Origin: Eubacteriales bacterium
GTDB taxonomy: Bacteria > Bacillota > Clostridia > Oscillospirales > CAG-272
Length of the DNA stretch: 47,431 nt
Direction of reading: 5' to 3'
NCBI GenBank assembly: GCA_045533915.1
Contig: JAZSIP010000081.1
Span: forward strand, 1 to 47,431
The translations under genes were made by a program, and so were the position numbers. The notes under the pieces are model-generated. The model did not search any database, was not told the DNA's origin, and was given only the letters and a program-made list of their open reading frames with translations. Shown piece after piece: positions 17,914 to 28,794 of the stretch. Positions within the stretch are counted from its first letter, which is position 1. Each line of letters starts with the position of its first letter.

Positions 17914-19254
17914 ATGACGGACGAATTTGCAAGAAAACTTCCCTTTTCAATGATAGCCGAGCAGTCATTGCTCGGAAGCGTATTGATTGATCCGCAATCG
18001 CTCAACGAGGTGGTAGAAATAATCACCGCGGACGATTTTTATCTGACCGAGCATACTCAGATATTTACGGCGATGCGCGAACTTTTCCTTGTAAATAAGG
18101 AGATAGACGTTGTAACGCTTATCGATACGCTCGTAACAAAGGGTATATATGATAAATCCGGCGGAGAGGATTATATAAGAACGCTGTATCAAGCAGTTCC
18201 GAATTCCTTGAACGTAAAGGATTACGCGGCTATAGTAAAACAAAAAAGTCTTTTGCGTAAGCTTATAGATGCCTGCTCCGACATATCGGAAAAAGCGTAC
18301 AGCGAGGAAGGCGATGCGGGACAGCTCGTCGACTTTGCCGAAAGCACTATTTTTGATATTGCGCAAGGAAGAGACACCAAGAGCTTCAGACATATACGCG
18401 ACGTTATCCGCAACGTATACGAAAATCTTCACAATATGGCTACCGAGGGCGAAAGCGCACAAGGTACTAAGACGGGTTTTTCGGGAATAGATAACGTGCT
18501 TGCGGGAATGGGTAACTCCGACCTTATACTCGTCGGAGCGCGCCCAGGTATGGGTAAGACCTCTTTTGCCCTCAATATCGGTACTAACGTAGCGCTTCAA
18601 ACGGGCAAGACCGTTTGTATGTTCTCTCTCGAAATGTCTGCAGAACAGCTCGTTACCCGTGTTATTTCAAGTGAAGCTATGATAGATAGCTATGCGCTTC
18701 GCACGGGAAAGCTTGATCCTAAACAATGGGAGGATATTGCCGCCGCTACAACAAGACTTTCGGGCTGCGATATTCTTATTGACGATACCTCAGGTATCAC
18801 GGTCACGGGAATGAAGGGTAAGCTTCGACGCATCAAAAATCTGGGACTTGTCGTTATCGACTATCTCCAGCTTATGCAAAGCGACCGCCGCAACGACGGA
18901 AACCGAGTTCAAGAGGTAGCTGATATATCAAGAGCTCTTAAAATAATGGCTAAGGAACTGAACGTTCCTATCATTTGCTGCGCTCAGCTCTCTCGTGGAC
19001 CTGAGAGCCGCACGGACAAACGTCCTATGCTGTCAGATCTTCGTGACTCGGGAGCTATCGAGCAGGACGCGGATACCGTTATCTTCCTTTACCGAGACGA
19101 ATATTACGTTACCGATAAGAACGACGAGGAAAGCAGTGTTGCGGAGATCATAATCGCAAAAAACCGTCACGGCTCTACGGGAACAGTTAAGGTCGGTTGG
19201 ATAGGACGTTATACGAAATTCCGCTCTATCGCTACGGACGTTGGCGAGGGTTGA
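17914..19254 (+). CDS. dnaB: replicative DNA helicase
   Basis: GARPGMGKT, SLEM, IDYLQL and DLRDSGAIEQDAD motifs. Confidence 0.97.
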   Translation: MTDEFARKLPFSMIAEQSLLGSVLIDPQSLNEVVEIITADDFYLTEHTQIFTAMRELFLVNKEIDVVTLIDTLVTKGIYDKSGGEDYIRTLYQAVPNSLNVKDYAAIVKQKSLLRKLIDACSDISEKAYSEEGDAGQLVDFAESTIFDIAQGRDTKSFRHIRDVIRNVYENLHNMATEGESAQGTKTGFSGIDNVLAGMGNSDLILVGARPGMGKTSFALNIGTNVALQTGKTVCMFSLEMSAEQLVTRVISSEAMIDSYALRTGKLDPKQWEDIAAATTRLSGCDILIDDTSGITVTGMKGKLRRIKNLGLVVIDYLQLMQSDRRNDGNRVQEVADISRALKIMAKELNVPIICCAQLSRGPESRTDKRPMLSDLRDSGAIEQDADTVIFLYRDEYYVTDKNDEESSVAEIIIAKNRHGSTGTVKVGWIGRYTKFRSIATDVGEG

Positions 19255-20630
19255 TGATGAACCAAGTAAAGTTGCCTAACGGCTTTGTTCCGCCACACGA
19301 GTTATCTGAAGCCTCTCCTTCCGATTCTGTTTTGATCGGATTTTCGGGCGGCGCGGATTCCTCCGCTCTTTTGCATATGCTTTCTGTCTATTCAAAAAAG
19401 ACTGGCTGCAAGATCTACGCCGCGCATATCAATCACGGCATAAGAGGAGCAGAAGCCGACAGAGACGAGGCTTTTTGCAAAGAGACCGCCGAAAGATATG
19501 GCATTGAGATCTTTGTATTAAAAGCAGACGTTCCGCGTATCGCAAAGGAAACGGGAGAAAGTATAGAAACGGCTGCAAGGAAGGTTCGCTATGACTTTTT
19601 CGAAAAATTAATGAAAGAGCACGGTATTACTTTACTCGCAACGGCACATAATGCAAATGATAACCTCGAAACAGTTATCTTTAATCTTTCACGCGGCGCG
19701 GGACTCGACGGACTTTGCGGAATACCGCAGACCAGAGAGATCAGCGGTGGGTGTATAGTTCGCCCGATCCTTAAAATGAGCCGAGAAGAAATACTTGAAT
19801 ATTGCAATAAAAATTCGCTTTCTTTTGTTACCGACAGTACGAATACAGACACCGATTACACGCGCAACAAAATACGCGCGGAGATCATTCCCTCTCTGCT
19901 GTCGATAAATGCATCGGCTGTAAAAAACGCAACGCGCACAAAAGCAAATCTTTATTCCGATTCCCAATATCTGTGGCAGGAAGCCGACAGATTTCTGAAT
20001 GAAAACCTAAACAACGGCAGAATTTCATGTGAAATTTTACAACACACACCCGATCCGATATTGAATCGCGCTATTATGAGAATGTATTCGGATTTTTCTA
20101 TGGGTGCTACATTGGATTCCGTTCATTTAGAAAGTATCAAAAAGCTTGTTTTAAAAGCGGAAGCTCACTCCTCTGTCAATCTTCCGAATTCAATCGAAGC
20201 GGCAATAGAAGGTGGCTTGATCTTCAGAAAAAAAGCCGAAACTGTTCTTACCGAAGCATACGATCTTGAGCTTTCAATTGGAAACAACTATATTTCACAG
20301 ACAAATTGTGAAATCGTCATAGGAAATTCACAAAAAAAGATAAATATTTACAAAAAGTCAATACTATCGTATATTGATTTTGATAAAATAAAAGGCGTAT
20401 TAAGGGTGCGCAATCGCCTTGCGGGAGACCGCATACTTGAAAACGGTATGCACAAAAGCATAAAAAAGCTTATGTGTGACCGAAAAGTACCGCTTGAGCT
20501 TCGTTCAAGAATACCCGTTATTTACGATAACGAGGGAATCGTTGCTATTCCCTTTGTTGCAGTACGCGACGGTGTAAAAATAGGCGATGGCAAGTCAAAT
20601 GCTATTCCTTTGCAATTTTATTTATACTAA
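19254..20630 (+). CDS. tilS: tRNA(Ile)-lysidine synthetase
   Basis: SGGADS PP-loop, [15 protein letters not shown] and YTRNKIR. The ATG at 19254 overlaps the dnaB TGA. Confidence 0.94.
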   Translation: MMNQVKLPNGFVPPHELSEASPSDSVLIGFSGGADSSALLHMLSVYSKKTGCKIYAAHINHGIRGAEADRDEAFCKETAERYGIEIFVLKADVPRIAKETGESIETAARKVRYDFFEKLMKEHGITLLATAHNANDNLETVIFNLSRGAGLDGLCGIPQTREISGGCIVRPILKMSREEILEYCNKNSLSFVTDSTNTDTDYTRNKIRAEIIPSLLSINASAVKNATRTKANLYSDSQYLWQEADRFLNENLNNGRISCEILQHTPDPILNRAIMRMYSDFSMGATLDSVHLESIKKLVLKAEAHSSVNLPNSIEAAIEGGLIFRKKAETVLTEAYDLELSIGNNYISQTNCEIVIGNSQKKINIYKKSILSYIDFDKIKGVLRVRNRLAGDRILENGMHKSIKKLMCDRKVPLELRSRIPVIYDNEGIVAIPFVAVRDGVKIGDGKSNAIPLQFYLY

Positions 20631-20656
20631 AGCTTCGAATCCAACGGAGGAATTTG

Positions 20657-22828
20657 ATGAAAAAAGGTAATTTCAAAATTATAATCTTTTACATTGTTCT
20701 TATCGGCATTATTATAGTGTCGCTGTCGTTTATGTTCAACAATCAAGCGGCTGAGCCTTTGAAATACAGTCAGGTGCTTGAATATTTTGAGGACGACAGA
20801 GTTAAAAGCTTCACTATAGACGAGGACAATAATCTGATCATGAGCGTATATGAGCTTGACGCGGAAGGAAAGCTCAATTACGACGAAAATGGCAAATGTA
20901 CGAATACCGTTAAGGAAGGCGTCGTTTACCGTTTGCAAAGCCTCGGTCTTTTCGTCGAGGATTGCAGTAAATACTATAACGGTGGAGTTTCAGCCGAGGA
21001 ATACAAAAACCTCGAGTCCTTTGATATTCAGCCCGAGACCGTTTATCCTTGGTGGGTAAGCTTCCTTCCTTATATAATCGTTATAGTCGTAATTATCGTT
21101 CTTTACGTTATCGTAATGAAATCCGCGGCAGGCGGCGGAGCGGGCGGAAAGCTCAACTCCTTTGGCAAGGCTCGCGTAAAGACCCCGGGATTAGATAAGG
21201 ATCGAGTGTTCTTTAGTGACGTGGCGGGGGCTGATGAGGAAAAAGCTGAGCTTGAAGAAGTGGTCGAGTTTTTGAAAGATCCTTCGAAATTCTCAAAGCT
21301 TGGCGCAAAGATACCTCACGGTGTTCTCTTGATGGGCCCTCCCGGTACAGGTAAGACCTTACTTGCTAAGGCGGTTGCGGGAGAAGCGGGTGTTCCCTTC
21401 TACTCTATCTCGGGTTCGGATTTCGTTGAAATGTACGTCGGTGTCGGTGCGTCTCGTGTAAGAGACCTTTTCGAGACCGCAAGAAAATCTCCCGCGTCTA
21501 TCGTATTTATAGACGAGATAGACGCAGTCGGCCGTCACAGAGGCGCAGGTCTCGGCGGCGGACACGATGAGCGTGAGCAGACACTCAACCAGCTTCTCGT
21601 TGAAATGGACGGATTTGGCTCTCATGAGGGTATCATCGTTATCGCGGCAACAAACCGCCCCGATATCCTCGACCCCGCGCTTCTCCGCCCCGGTCGTTTT
21701 GACCGTCAGATAACTGTAAATTATCCCGATATCAAGGGTCGTGAGGAGATACTCAAGGTTCACGCAAAGAAAAAGCCCCTTGAAGAGACCGTTGACCTTG
21801 CAAAAGTCGCAAAGACCACTGCGGGATTTACGGGTGCAGATCTTGCAAATCTTCTTAACGAAGCGGCTCTTCTCGCGGCACGCAGAGGAAAAGCTCTCAT
21901 CGGAATGGACGACATTGACGATGCGTTTATCAAGGTCATCGCAGGACCTAAGAAAAAGTCCCGCGCTATGAAGGAACGCGAGAAGAAGAATACCGCTTAT
22001 CACGAAGCGGGTCACGCTATCATCGCTCACGTTCTTCCCCATATGGATCCTGTTCAGCAGATATCTATAATTCCAAGCGGAAACGCGCTCGGATATACGC
22101 TCAATCCTCCCGCAGAGGACAAATACAGCGTTTACAAGGAAGAACTTAAGGAAAAGATCACAATGCTTCTCGGCGGTCGCGCCGCAGAGGAGATAATCTT
22201 CGGTGATATTTCGGGAGGTGCTTCGAACGATATCGAACGCGCGACAAAGACGGCAAAGAGCATGGTTACAAAGCTCGGTATGAGCGAAGTGCTCGGACCT
22301 CGCGCATTTGGAAACGATCAAGGAGAGGTATTCCTCGGACGTGATTTCTCAAGCTCTCAGGATTATTCCGAAGAGATCGCCGCAAAGATAGACGCGGAGA
22401 TAGGCAAGATAATCAATGAAGCGTATGATCGAGCTAAGAAGATACTCACAGAGAATATCGACAAGCTCCACTTTATCTCCGAGTTCCTTTTGAAGAACGA
22501 GATCATGGACGGCGAACAATTCGCTGCGGCTATGGACGGAGAGCCTACAATGGAAGAGCTTGAAAATATGACCGAAGCAAAACGCCGTAAGAGCCGTGAG
22601 GAAAACGATCAGAAGCGTATGCTCGAGGCTCGCGAGGCTGAGGCTAAGAAAAGAGCCGCTCAGGAATCTGCCGAAAAATTCCAAAATGAATTTCAAAGCA
22701 ACGCAAGTTTCATCGATCGCGCGGAAATAAAGCTCGACGACGATGCGCAAGACTCCCCCAAAGCAAAAGACGTTGAAGAAGCTTCCGAAAAAGAAGGGTC
22801 GGACAACGATAAAAATTCAGATAATTAA
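20657..22828 (+). CDS. ftsH: ATP-dependent zinc metalloprotease FtsH
   Basis: Two TM segments, [14 protein letters not shown] and HEAGH. GGAGG RBS 6 nt before the ATG at 20657. Confidence 0.97.
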   Translation: MKKGNFKIIIFYIVLIGIIIVSLSFMFNNQAAEPLKYSQVLEYFEDDRVKSFTIDEDNNLIMSVYELDAEGKLNYDENGKCTNTVKEGVVYRLQSLGLFVEDCSKYYNGGVSAEEYKNLESFDIQPETVYPWWVSFLPYIIVIVVIIVLYVIVMKSAAGGGAGGKLNSFGKARVKTPGLDKDRVFFSDVAGADEEKAELEEVVEFLKDPSKFSKLGAKIPHGVLLMGPPGTGKTLLAKAVAGEAGVPFYSISGSDFVEMYVGVGASRVRDLFETARKSPASIVFIDEIDAVGRHRGAGLGGGHDEREQTLNQLLVEMDGFGSHEGIIVIAATNRPDILDPALLRPGRFDRQITVNYPDIKGREEILKVHAKKKPLEETVDLAKVAKTTAGFTGADLANLLNEAALLAARRGKALIGMDDIDDAFIKVIAGPKKKSRAMKEREKKNTAYHEAGHAIIAHVLPHMDPVQQISIIPSGNALGYTLNPPAEDKYSVYKEELKEKITMLLGGRAAEEIIFGDISGGASNDIERATKTAKSMVTKLGMSEVLGPRAFGNDQGEVFLGRDFSSSQDYSEEIAAKIDAEIGKIINEAYDRAKKILTENIDKLHFISEFLLKNEIMDGEQFAAAMDGEPTMEELENMTEAKRRKSREENDQKRMLEAREAEAKKRAAQESAEKFQNEFQSNASFIDRAEIKLDDDAQDSPKAKDVEEASEKEGSDNDKNSDN

Positions 22829-22830
22829 AT

Positions 22831-22865
22831 AAAAAACGGAACTGAAAACTCAGTTCCGTTTTTTT
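22831..22865. terminator. bidirectional terminator between ftsH and ogg
   Basis: AAAAAACGGAACTGA-aaac-TCAGTTCCGTTTTTT. Confidence 0.85.
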
Positions 22866-22872
22866 ATTTTGA

Positions 22873-23772
22873 TCATTGAAATCTCTCATAATAAAAGAGA
22901 TACTGCTGCGCTATCCCTGCGTATGCGCCGAAATATTCCTTTTGGTCAAATTTTTCGGGGACTTCGGGGAAATATTTTTGCATCACGCGTTTTATCCAAA
23001 CATCAATGGGAAACGACGAATAGCGTTCAAGTCCGAACAAGGTTATGCAGGACGCGACCTTTGGTCCTATTCCTCGGACGGTGCAAAGCTCACTCATTAC
23101 CTGCTCGTTCGATTCGCATTTTTTCAGTGCTTCAAGGTTAAGTCTGCCGTCAATAATTCGTTCAACCGCATCGGATATATATCCCGCGCGAAATCCCGTG
23201 CGAAGATCAAAAAGTCCTTCTTTTCCTATTGAAGCTATCGCTTTTGCCGTCGGAAATGCGCAAAGCGATGATACGCCCGAAACGTGTTTTTCAAGCGTTT
23301 CGTCAAGCTCTATCGGTTCTCCGCACTCGCGCGAAAGATTTTCAATTATCTTTTTTATTCTCGGAATGTTGTTGTTTTGAGAAATGATAAACGATACGAC
23401 TGTCTCAAACGGATCTTGCCTCAGTATCCTTATCCCGCGTCCTGTCTCCATAGCCTCGCGCATAACGGGCGATGAACAATGCTCCGCTATATCTTTACGT
23501 ATCACGCCGTAATCGAGATCAAGTCCGAGGTAACTGCGCCAAAGTGTATCAAATTCGCGTTCGTCAGCGCCATATATGTAAAGCGTATCTCCGTCCTGCG
23601 CAAACGATACAAAACGCCCGAAAGCAACGCCCGAAAATTCTTTTTCATGCGCACTTCCCTTTACCGTGTCAAATCGAAAGCTCTGACCGCAATCAAATAT
23701 TTGGCTTATGTCAAAATATTCAAGTCCATCTATTTTCACGCATCTGCTTTTTTCGTTGATCTTTAGACTCAT
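22873..23772 (-). CDS. ogg: 8-oxoguanine DNA glycosylase (OGG1-like, HhH-GPD)
   Basis: FDCGQSFR, GIRILRQDP, ISQNNNIPRI, GIGPKVA and FPIDVW motifs. ATG at 23772 with a GGGAG RBS. Confidence 0.9.
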   Translation of the reverse strand: MSLKINEKSRCVKIDGLEYFDISQIFDCGQSFRFDTVKGSAHEKEFSGVAFGRFVSFAQDGDTLYIYGADEREFDTLWRSYLGLDLDYGVIRKDIAEHCSSPVMREAMETGRGIRILRQDPFETVVSFIISQNNNIPRIKKIIENLSRECGEPIELDETLEKHVSGVSSLCAFPTAKAIASIGKEGLFDLRTGFRAGYISDAVERIIDGRLNLEALKKCESNEQVMSELCTVRGIGPKVASCITLFGLERYSSFPIDVWIKRVMQKYFPEVPEKFDQKEYFGAYAGIAQQYLFYYERFQ

Positions 23773-23811
23773 AACTATACTCCCGCATACGCTCAAAATT
23801 GCGAAAAGCTA

Positions 23812-23840
23812 TTGAAAAAATAGCCTTTGTGTGTTATAAT
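23812..23840 (+). promoter_or_regulatory. sigmaA promoter of the DUF6062...glmM cluster
   Basis: TTGAAA-N17-TATAAT with TGn extended -10. Confidence 0.7.
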
Positions 23841-23872
23841 ATGTTGATACATATTATAACGTGTTTTATATT

Positions 23873-23901
23873 ATTATACATTTTTTTATTGAAAAAAGCA
23901 A
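23873..23901 (-). promoter_or_regulatory. sigmaA promoter of ogg
   Basis: Minus strand TTGCTT-N17-TATAAT. Confidence 0.55.
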
Positions 23902-23922
23902 GTACTGTTTTGGAGATTTTAT

Positions 23923-24642
23923 ATGGAACATATTTATACAATTCCCGTCAATGAGGCATTCGAGGCTTCGCGCGATGATGCGTCATGCGGCTGTCCGTTC
24001 TGCGCTCTTTACAACAAGCTTGAGGACAACGAGCTTGAACTGATACTCGGCGCGTCTATGATGGAGCCTGATATCCGTATAATGACGAACAAAGAGGGCT
24101 TCTGCCGTACTCATTACGATATGATGTTTACGAGAAAAAACCGTCTTGGTATGGCGCTGACGCTTGAAAGCCACCTTGCCGAACTCAAGGACGAGATCAA
24201 GAATGGCGGTTTTATGCAAAAGGCTGGTGAACGTCCGATAAAACGTATCTCCGCGCTTGAGAGCAGCTGTTACGTCTGCCGTCGTATCGATTTTCATTTT
24301 AATAATATGATCGAAACGGCAGTGTTTTTATGGGACGAGGACGAGGATTTCAGAGCAAAATTCTCTCTGCAACCTTATTTCTGCCTCCCGCATTACAGAA
24401 GGCTTATCGCTTGCGCTTCGGACAGACTTTCTAAAAAGCGCTCCCCCGAAATGATAAAGGAAGCCGCAAAGATAGTTGAAGCATATATAGAAACTCTTAA
24501 CGAGGACGTTAGCTGGTTCTGTAAAAAATTCGATTACAGATATGACGAAGAGCCTTGGTACAATTCGAAGGATTCCGTCGAGCGATCGATGAAATTTTTA
24601 AGAAGCGACTTACATAATCCTCCCGATAAAAAGAAAAAATAA
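23923..24642 (+). CDS. DUF6062-like protein with duplicated Cys/His motifs
   Basis: IYTIPVNEAF, CPFC...FCRTH, CYVC...FCLPH and KFDYR. Family recognised from memory. Confidence 0.75.
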   Translation: MEHIYTIPVNEAFEASRDDASCGCPFCALYNKLEDNELELILGASMMEPDIRIMTNKEGFCRTHYDMMFTRKNRLGMALTLESHLAELKDEIKNGGFMQKAGERPIKRISALESSCYVCRRIDFHFNNMIETAVFLWDEDEDFRAKFSLQPYFCLPHYRRLIACASDRLSKKRSPEMIKEAAKIVEAYIETLNEDVSWFCKKFDYRYDEEPWYNSKDSVERSMKFLRSDLHNPPDKKKK

Positions 24643-24662
24643 AAATAATAAGGATACGAAAA

Positions 24663-25217
24663 ATGATAGATCTTCTCGACCTTCAAAAGCATTTTATACT
24701 TACTCATCTCAAAGAAGGAGATATCGCAGTCGATTTTACAATGGGCAACGGACACGATACCGAATTTCTCTCAAAAACAGTGGGCGAGAAAGGTCACGTT
24801 TACGCCTTTGACGTTCAAAAGCAAGCCCTTGAATCTACATCAGCTCATTTGAAAGCCTGTGGCTGTCCCGAAAACTACACACTTGTTCTCGACTCGCATC
24901 ACAACGTAAAAAAATACGTTGACACGCCTATAAAGGCGGGAATGTTCAATCTTGGATATCTCCCCGGAAGCGATAAGACCGTAACAACTATGAGAGAAAC
25001 GACGCTCCCCGCTATCGAGGCGGCAATATCTCTTATGGATAAAGACGCGATAATTCTCGTAGCCGTTTATCCGGGACATGCGGAGGGAGAAGCTGAGGGC
25101 AAGCTTGTCAATGAATATCTTTCTTCCCTATCTCGTCATAAGGTCTGCTGTACGCAAATAAAAATAGTAAATTCTCCAACGTCACCGTTTTTCTTTATCA
25201 TAGAAAGCAAACCGTAA
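24663..25217 (+). CDS. mnmM: SAM-dependent methyltransferase, YtqB/MnmM family
   Basis: VDFTMGNGHDT, FNLGYLPG and YPGH..G..E motifs. Confidence 0.8.
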   Translation: MIDLLDLQKHFILTHLKEGDIAVDFTMGNGHDTEFLSKTVGEKGHVYAFDVQKQALESTSAHLKACGCPENYTLVLDSHHNVKKYVDTPIKAGMFNLGYLPGSDKTVTTMRETTLPAIEAAISLMDKDAIILVAVYPGHAEGEAEGKLVNEYLSSLSRHKVCCTQIKIVNSPTSPFFFIIESKP

Positions 25218-25241
25218 TTCATAAAAAGGAACGCTCATATA

Positions 25242-26675
25242 ATGAAACGTAAAGAAAATTATTCTTCTGAGGAAGCTCCCTTGTCAAAAGAAGAGCTCGA
25301 GATGCTGAAAAAAAGCGTTGACAGCTCTGAGGACAGAAGTAAGCTTCCGCCTCACGACACCTCCGAACGCGCAAATGTTATGCGTTTTGCAAAAAAGAAT
25401 CCCCTTCTCGTGATATCTGCCATTATCATAGCGCTTGCTATAATTGCGGTGAGTATACTTGGAATAGTTCTTGCAATAAAAAGATCCTCCGAAAAGCCGT
25501 GTACCGACGATTACACGATATATCTCGGAACAGATTTTTATACCGTAGACTATGACAAAGCCAATGTCAACGACGTGCTTTTCATTGATATAAAAAAAAT
25601 AGCTGAGTTCGCAGACTTTATCGTGAGCGGTTCAAAGGATAGAATAAAGTTCACATCAAGCACCGACAATTATCTCCGATTTGAAAACAACACCGAACTC
25701 GCCGTTATCAACGGCGCAAAGGTCGCTATGATCGCTCCCGCCATAGTAAATGAGAACGAGTGTCTCGTTCCCTTCAGCTTCGTGCAAAGAGTCATAGCGC
25801 AAGGTCTTAAGATACGTCTTGACAATACCACAAACACAATAAAAATAACCCGTCAGTTATACAACGACACTAAAGAACCCGCTGACATTCTCTTTACAAA
25901 CGACGGCTTCTCTGTAATTCAAGCCATCACACAGATAAAAAAGGAGGATATAGGATTGGATTCGTACAGTATTGATATTGCCCCTTATCTGCAGTATATT
26001 GATCCCGAAAACGCAAAAGACTTTCTTATTCTTGCCAATAAACAGAACGCTCTTGGCAAAAATTACGTTCCAAAGGATCTTGTCTCACTTCAAAACGATC
26101 TGAATATACCGTCAAAGAACAGCTCTCTCCAATTAAATAAGACCGCCGCATATGCTCTGCAAGCTATGATAAAAGCTATGGAAACCGACGGAGTCTCGGG
26201 TGCGTATATTGCCACCGAGGAAGCTGTAAAGCCTAACGATTCGCTGATCATTACAAGCGCGTACCGCTCATATGACTATCAAGAAAGCCTATTTAACGGA
26301 TATGTTTCGAATTATATGGACGAAAAAGGCGCATCAGAGGAAGAAGCCGTAAAGGAAGTATCGAAAACATCTTCTCGCGCAGGTGAGAGCGACCATCAAA
26401 CCGGGCTTTGCATTGACTTTATCACCGAGGGTATGAGCGGTAACCTTGACAATCGCTTTGAAGATACCGCCGCATTTGAATGGTTGAAGAAAAACGCTCA
26501 TCTGTACGGTTTTATTCTTCGTTATCCCGTAAATCCCAACGGAAGCTATGACGATCCGCATCCTATTACGCAATATAGCTACGAATCGTGGCACTATCGC
26601 TTTGTGGGACGCGAGGCGGCGGTCGAAATATACCGCTCCAATATGACGCTTGAGGAATACCTCGAGCTTAATTAA
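25242..26675 (+). CDS. membrane-anchored M15B (VanY/LdcB-like) carboxypeptidase with an N-terminal accessory domain
   Basis: One TM segment, then SAYRS, SDHQTGLCID (SxHxxGxxxD) and ESWHYRFVG (ExxH). Confidence 0.88.
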   Translation: MKRKENYSSEEAPLSKEELEMLKKSVDSSEDRSKLPPHDTSERANVMRFAKKNPLLVISAIIIALAIIAVSILGIVLAIKRSSEKPCTDDYTIYLGTDFYTVDYDKANVNDVLFIDIKKIAEFADFIVSGSKDRIKFTSSTDNYLRFENNTELAVINGAKVAMIAPAIVNENECLVPFSFVQRVIAQGLKIRLDNTTNTIKITRQLYNDTKEPADILFTNDGFSVIQAITQIKKEDIGLDSYSIDIAPYLQYIDPENAKDFLILANKQNALGKNYVPKDLVSLQNDLNIPSKNSSLQLNKTAAYALQAMIKAMETDGVSGAYIATEEAVKPNDSLIITSAYRSYDYQESLFNGYVSNYMDEKGASEEEAVKEVSKTSSRAGESDHQTGLCIDFITEGMSGNLDNRFEDTAAFEWLKKNAHLYGFILRYPVNPNGSYDDPHPITQYSYESWHYRFVGREAAVEIYRSNMTLEEYLELN

Positions 26676-26734
26676 GCTAAAGCTCCTCTAAAAAAGGATC
26701 TTTATAAATATTTTAAAAGAAAGGAGGAGAAAAA

Positions 26735-27409
26735 ATGACAGAGTTAAAAACAGAACAGCTTTACGATCTTGATCATACGATAGCAAAAGAGCTTCTTTCG
26801 AACTGCGAATATCCTTGGCTCGCTCTGCCGCGTATTAAGGAAACAGTACTTGCGCTCATTGAAACGCTTCCCGAAAGCGAATATTATGCGCCCGCGCCCG
26901 ATATCCGCATAGCGAAAAGCGCGAAGATCGCTCCAAGCGCGAATATTTTCGGACCTACGATAATAGGCGCTGATACAGAGGTTCGTCCTTGTGCGTATAT
27001 CAGAGGCTCGGTTATCGTGGGCGAGGGGTGCGTGGTCGGAAACTCCTGCGAATTAAAAAACGCTATACTTTTCGACAACGTTCAGGTTCCGCATTTCAAT
27101 TATATCGGCGATTCAATACTCGGCTACCGTTCTCATACGGGAGCAGGCGCTATTACGTCCAACGTAAAGAGCGATAAAACGCTCGTCAGCGTAAAAACAC
27201 CAGACGGCGCAATAGAAACAGGAATCAAGAAATTCGGAGCTATGATCGGAGATTTCGTAGAGGTTGGTTGCAACAGCGTACTTAATCCCGGTACTGTGAT
27301 AGGCAGAAACAGCAACGTTTATCCTCTCTCGTCAGTCCGCGGATACGTTCCCGCAAACAGCATCCACAAATCAACAAACAACATCGTACCCAAGAAAAAA
27401 CTCAATTAA
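26735..27409 (+). CDS. stand-alone GlmU-like left-handed beta-helix acetyltransferase
   Basis: Hexapeptide repeats, PHFNYIGDS, GAGAITSN and KFGAMIGD..VGCNSVL. No nucleotidyltransferase domain. Confidence 0.85.
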   Translation: MTELKTEQLYDLDHTIAKELLSNCEYPWLALPRIKETVLALIETLPESEYYAPAPDIRIAKSAKIAPSANIFGPTIIGADTEVRPCAYIRGSVIVGEGCVVGNSCELKNAILFDNVQVPHFNYIGDSILGYRSHTGAGAITSNVKSDKTLVSVKTPDGAIETGIKKFGAMIGDFVEVGCNSVLNPGTVIGRNSNVYPLSSVRGYVPANSIHKSTNNIVPKKKLN

Positions 27410-27427
27410 CAAGGAAGGAACACACAC

Positions 27428-28783
27428 ATGGGCAGACTTTTTGGAACAGACGGCGTTCGCGGTATCGCAAACACCGAGCTGACAGTTGAACTCGCCATGG
27501 ATATCGGCAGAGCAGCCGCAACGGTCCTCACCGACGGATGCCGCCACCGTCCGACGTTCATTATCGGATGCGATACGAGAGTATCCTCTGATATGCTTGC
27601 AAGCGCTATAACATCCGGACTTTGTTCGGTAGGCGCGGACGTTATTTGTCTCGGCGTTGTTCCCACTCCCGCAGTAGCATATCTTGTCGGAATCTATAAA
27701 GCCGATGCGGGAGTTATGATATCTGCATCGCATAACCCTGCAGAATTCAACGGCATCAAGATATTCGGCGGAAACGGATTCAAGCTTCCCGATATGCTTG
27801 AGGAAAAGATCGAGGATATAATCCTTGATAAGAATTATAAGCACACGCTTCCTACAGGCGACGGAATCGGACGACTCACATATGCAACCGATGCAGTAAA
27901 GGAATATATAAGACACATCAAAACAAGCGCGTACCACGATCTGAGCGGTCTTAATATCGCTATCGACTGTGCGAACGGCTCTGCATCCGCAACAGCACGT
28001 ACTCTTTTCGAAGAGCTTGGCGCTAATATACACGTTCTGAACGACAAACCCAATGGCATAAACATCAACAATAATTGCGGATCTACACATATGGAGATGC
28101 TTTCCGAATACGTTGTAGCCAATAAGCTTGACTGCGGAGTTGCTTTTGACGGAGACGCTGACAGGTGTCTTTGCGTAGACGAAAAAGGCGCGCTTGTAGA
28201 CGGCGATATGATCATGGCTATGTGCGCACTCGACTTAAAGGAGCGTGGAAAGCTCAACAAAAACACCGTTATCGGCACTGTAATGACAAACTTCGGTTTC
28301 CCGAAATTCTGCGAGGAAAACGACATTCGTTTTATCGCTACAAAGGTTGGCGACAGATACGTTCTTGAGGAAATGCTTATAGGTGACTACTCCTTTGGCG
28401 GCGAACAATCGGGACACGTAATATTCCGCGATTTCGCAACTACGGGTGACGGTCAGCTTACGGCAACTCAGCTTCTTTGCCTCCTGAAGCGTGCTCAAAA
28501 GCCGTTATCGGAGCTTGCGAGCGTTATGAAACGTTATCCGCAGACTATGATAAATATAACCGTCTCGGCGGAAGGAAAGCTTGCTTTCTATACCGATCCT
28601 CAGGTAAACGCGAAGATAAAAGAAGTCAAGCAAACCTTAGGCAACACAGGAAGAATTCTTGTTCGTCCTTCGGGCACAGAGCCTATGATACGCGTTATGG
28701 TCGAGGGCAGTGACGAAGAGCAGATCGCAATTCTTGCAAAGGAAGTTGCGGATATCATAAAAGAACGCCTTACTAAAAAATAA
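27428..28783 (+). CDS. glmM: phosphoglucosamine mutase
   Basis: FGTDGVRG, MISASHNP, DGDADR, GGEQSGH and RPSGTEP motifs. Confidence 0.96.
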   Translation: MGRLFGTDGVRGIANTELTVELAMDIGRAAATVLTDGCRHRPTFIIGCDTRVSSDMLASAITSGLCSVGADVICLGVVPTPAVAYLVGIYKADAGVMISASHNPAEFNGIKIFGGNGFKLPDMLEEKIEDIILDKNYKHTLPTGDGIGRLTYATDAVKEYIRHIKTSAYHDLSGLNIAIDCANGSASATARTLFEELGANIHVLNDKPNGININNNCGSTHMEMLSEYVVANKLDCGVAFDGDADRCLCVDEKGALVDGDMIMAMCALDLKERGKLNKNTVIGTVMTNFGFPKFCEENDIRFIATKVGDRYVLEEMLIGDYSFGGEQSGHVIFRDFATTGDGQLTATQLLCLLKRAQKPLSELASVMKRYPQTMINITVSAEGKLAFYTDPQVNAKIKEVKQTLGNTGRILVRPSGTEPMIRVMVEGSDEEQIAILAKEVADIIKERLTKK

Positions 28784-28794
28784 TCGTTTTTTAT

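Noticed and set aside
19197-19253. Longer tilS N-terminus given by the ORF track
   Set aside because: It overlaps dnaB by 58 nt; the ATG at 19254 coupled to the dnaB stop is more plausible.
21359-22321. 320-aa ORF antisense to ftsH, and similar antisense ORFs over nusA, dnaB, glmM, the SBP and the ABC genes
   Set aside because: Overlapping antisense shadows with no independent coding evidence.
25242-26675. Vancomycin-resistance vanY
   Set aside because: No vanHAX or vanRS context; it fits a housekeeping M15B carboxypeptidase.
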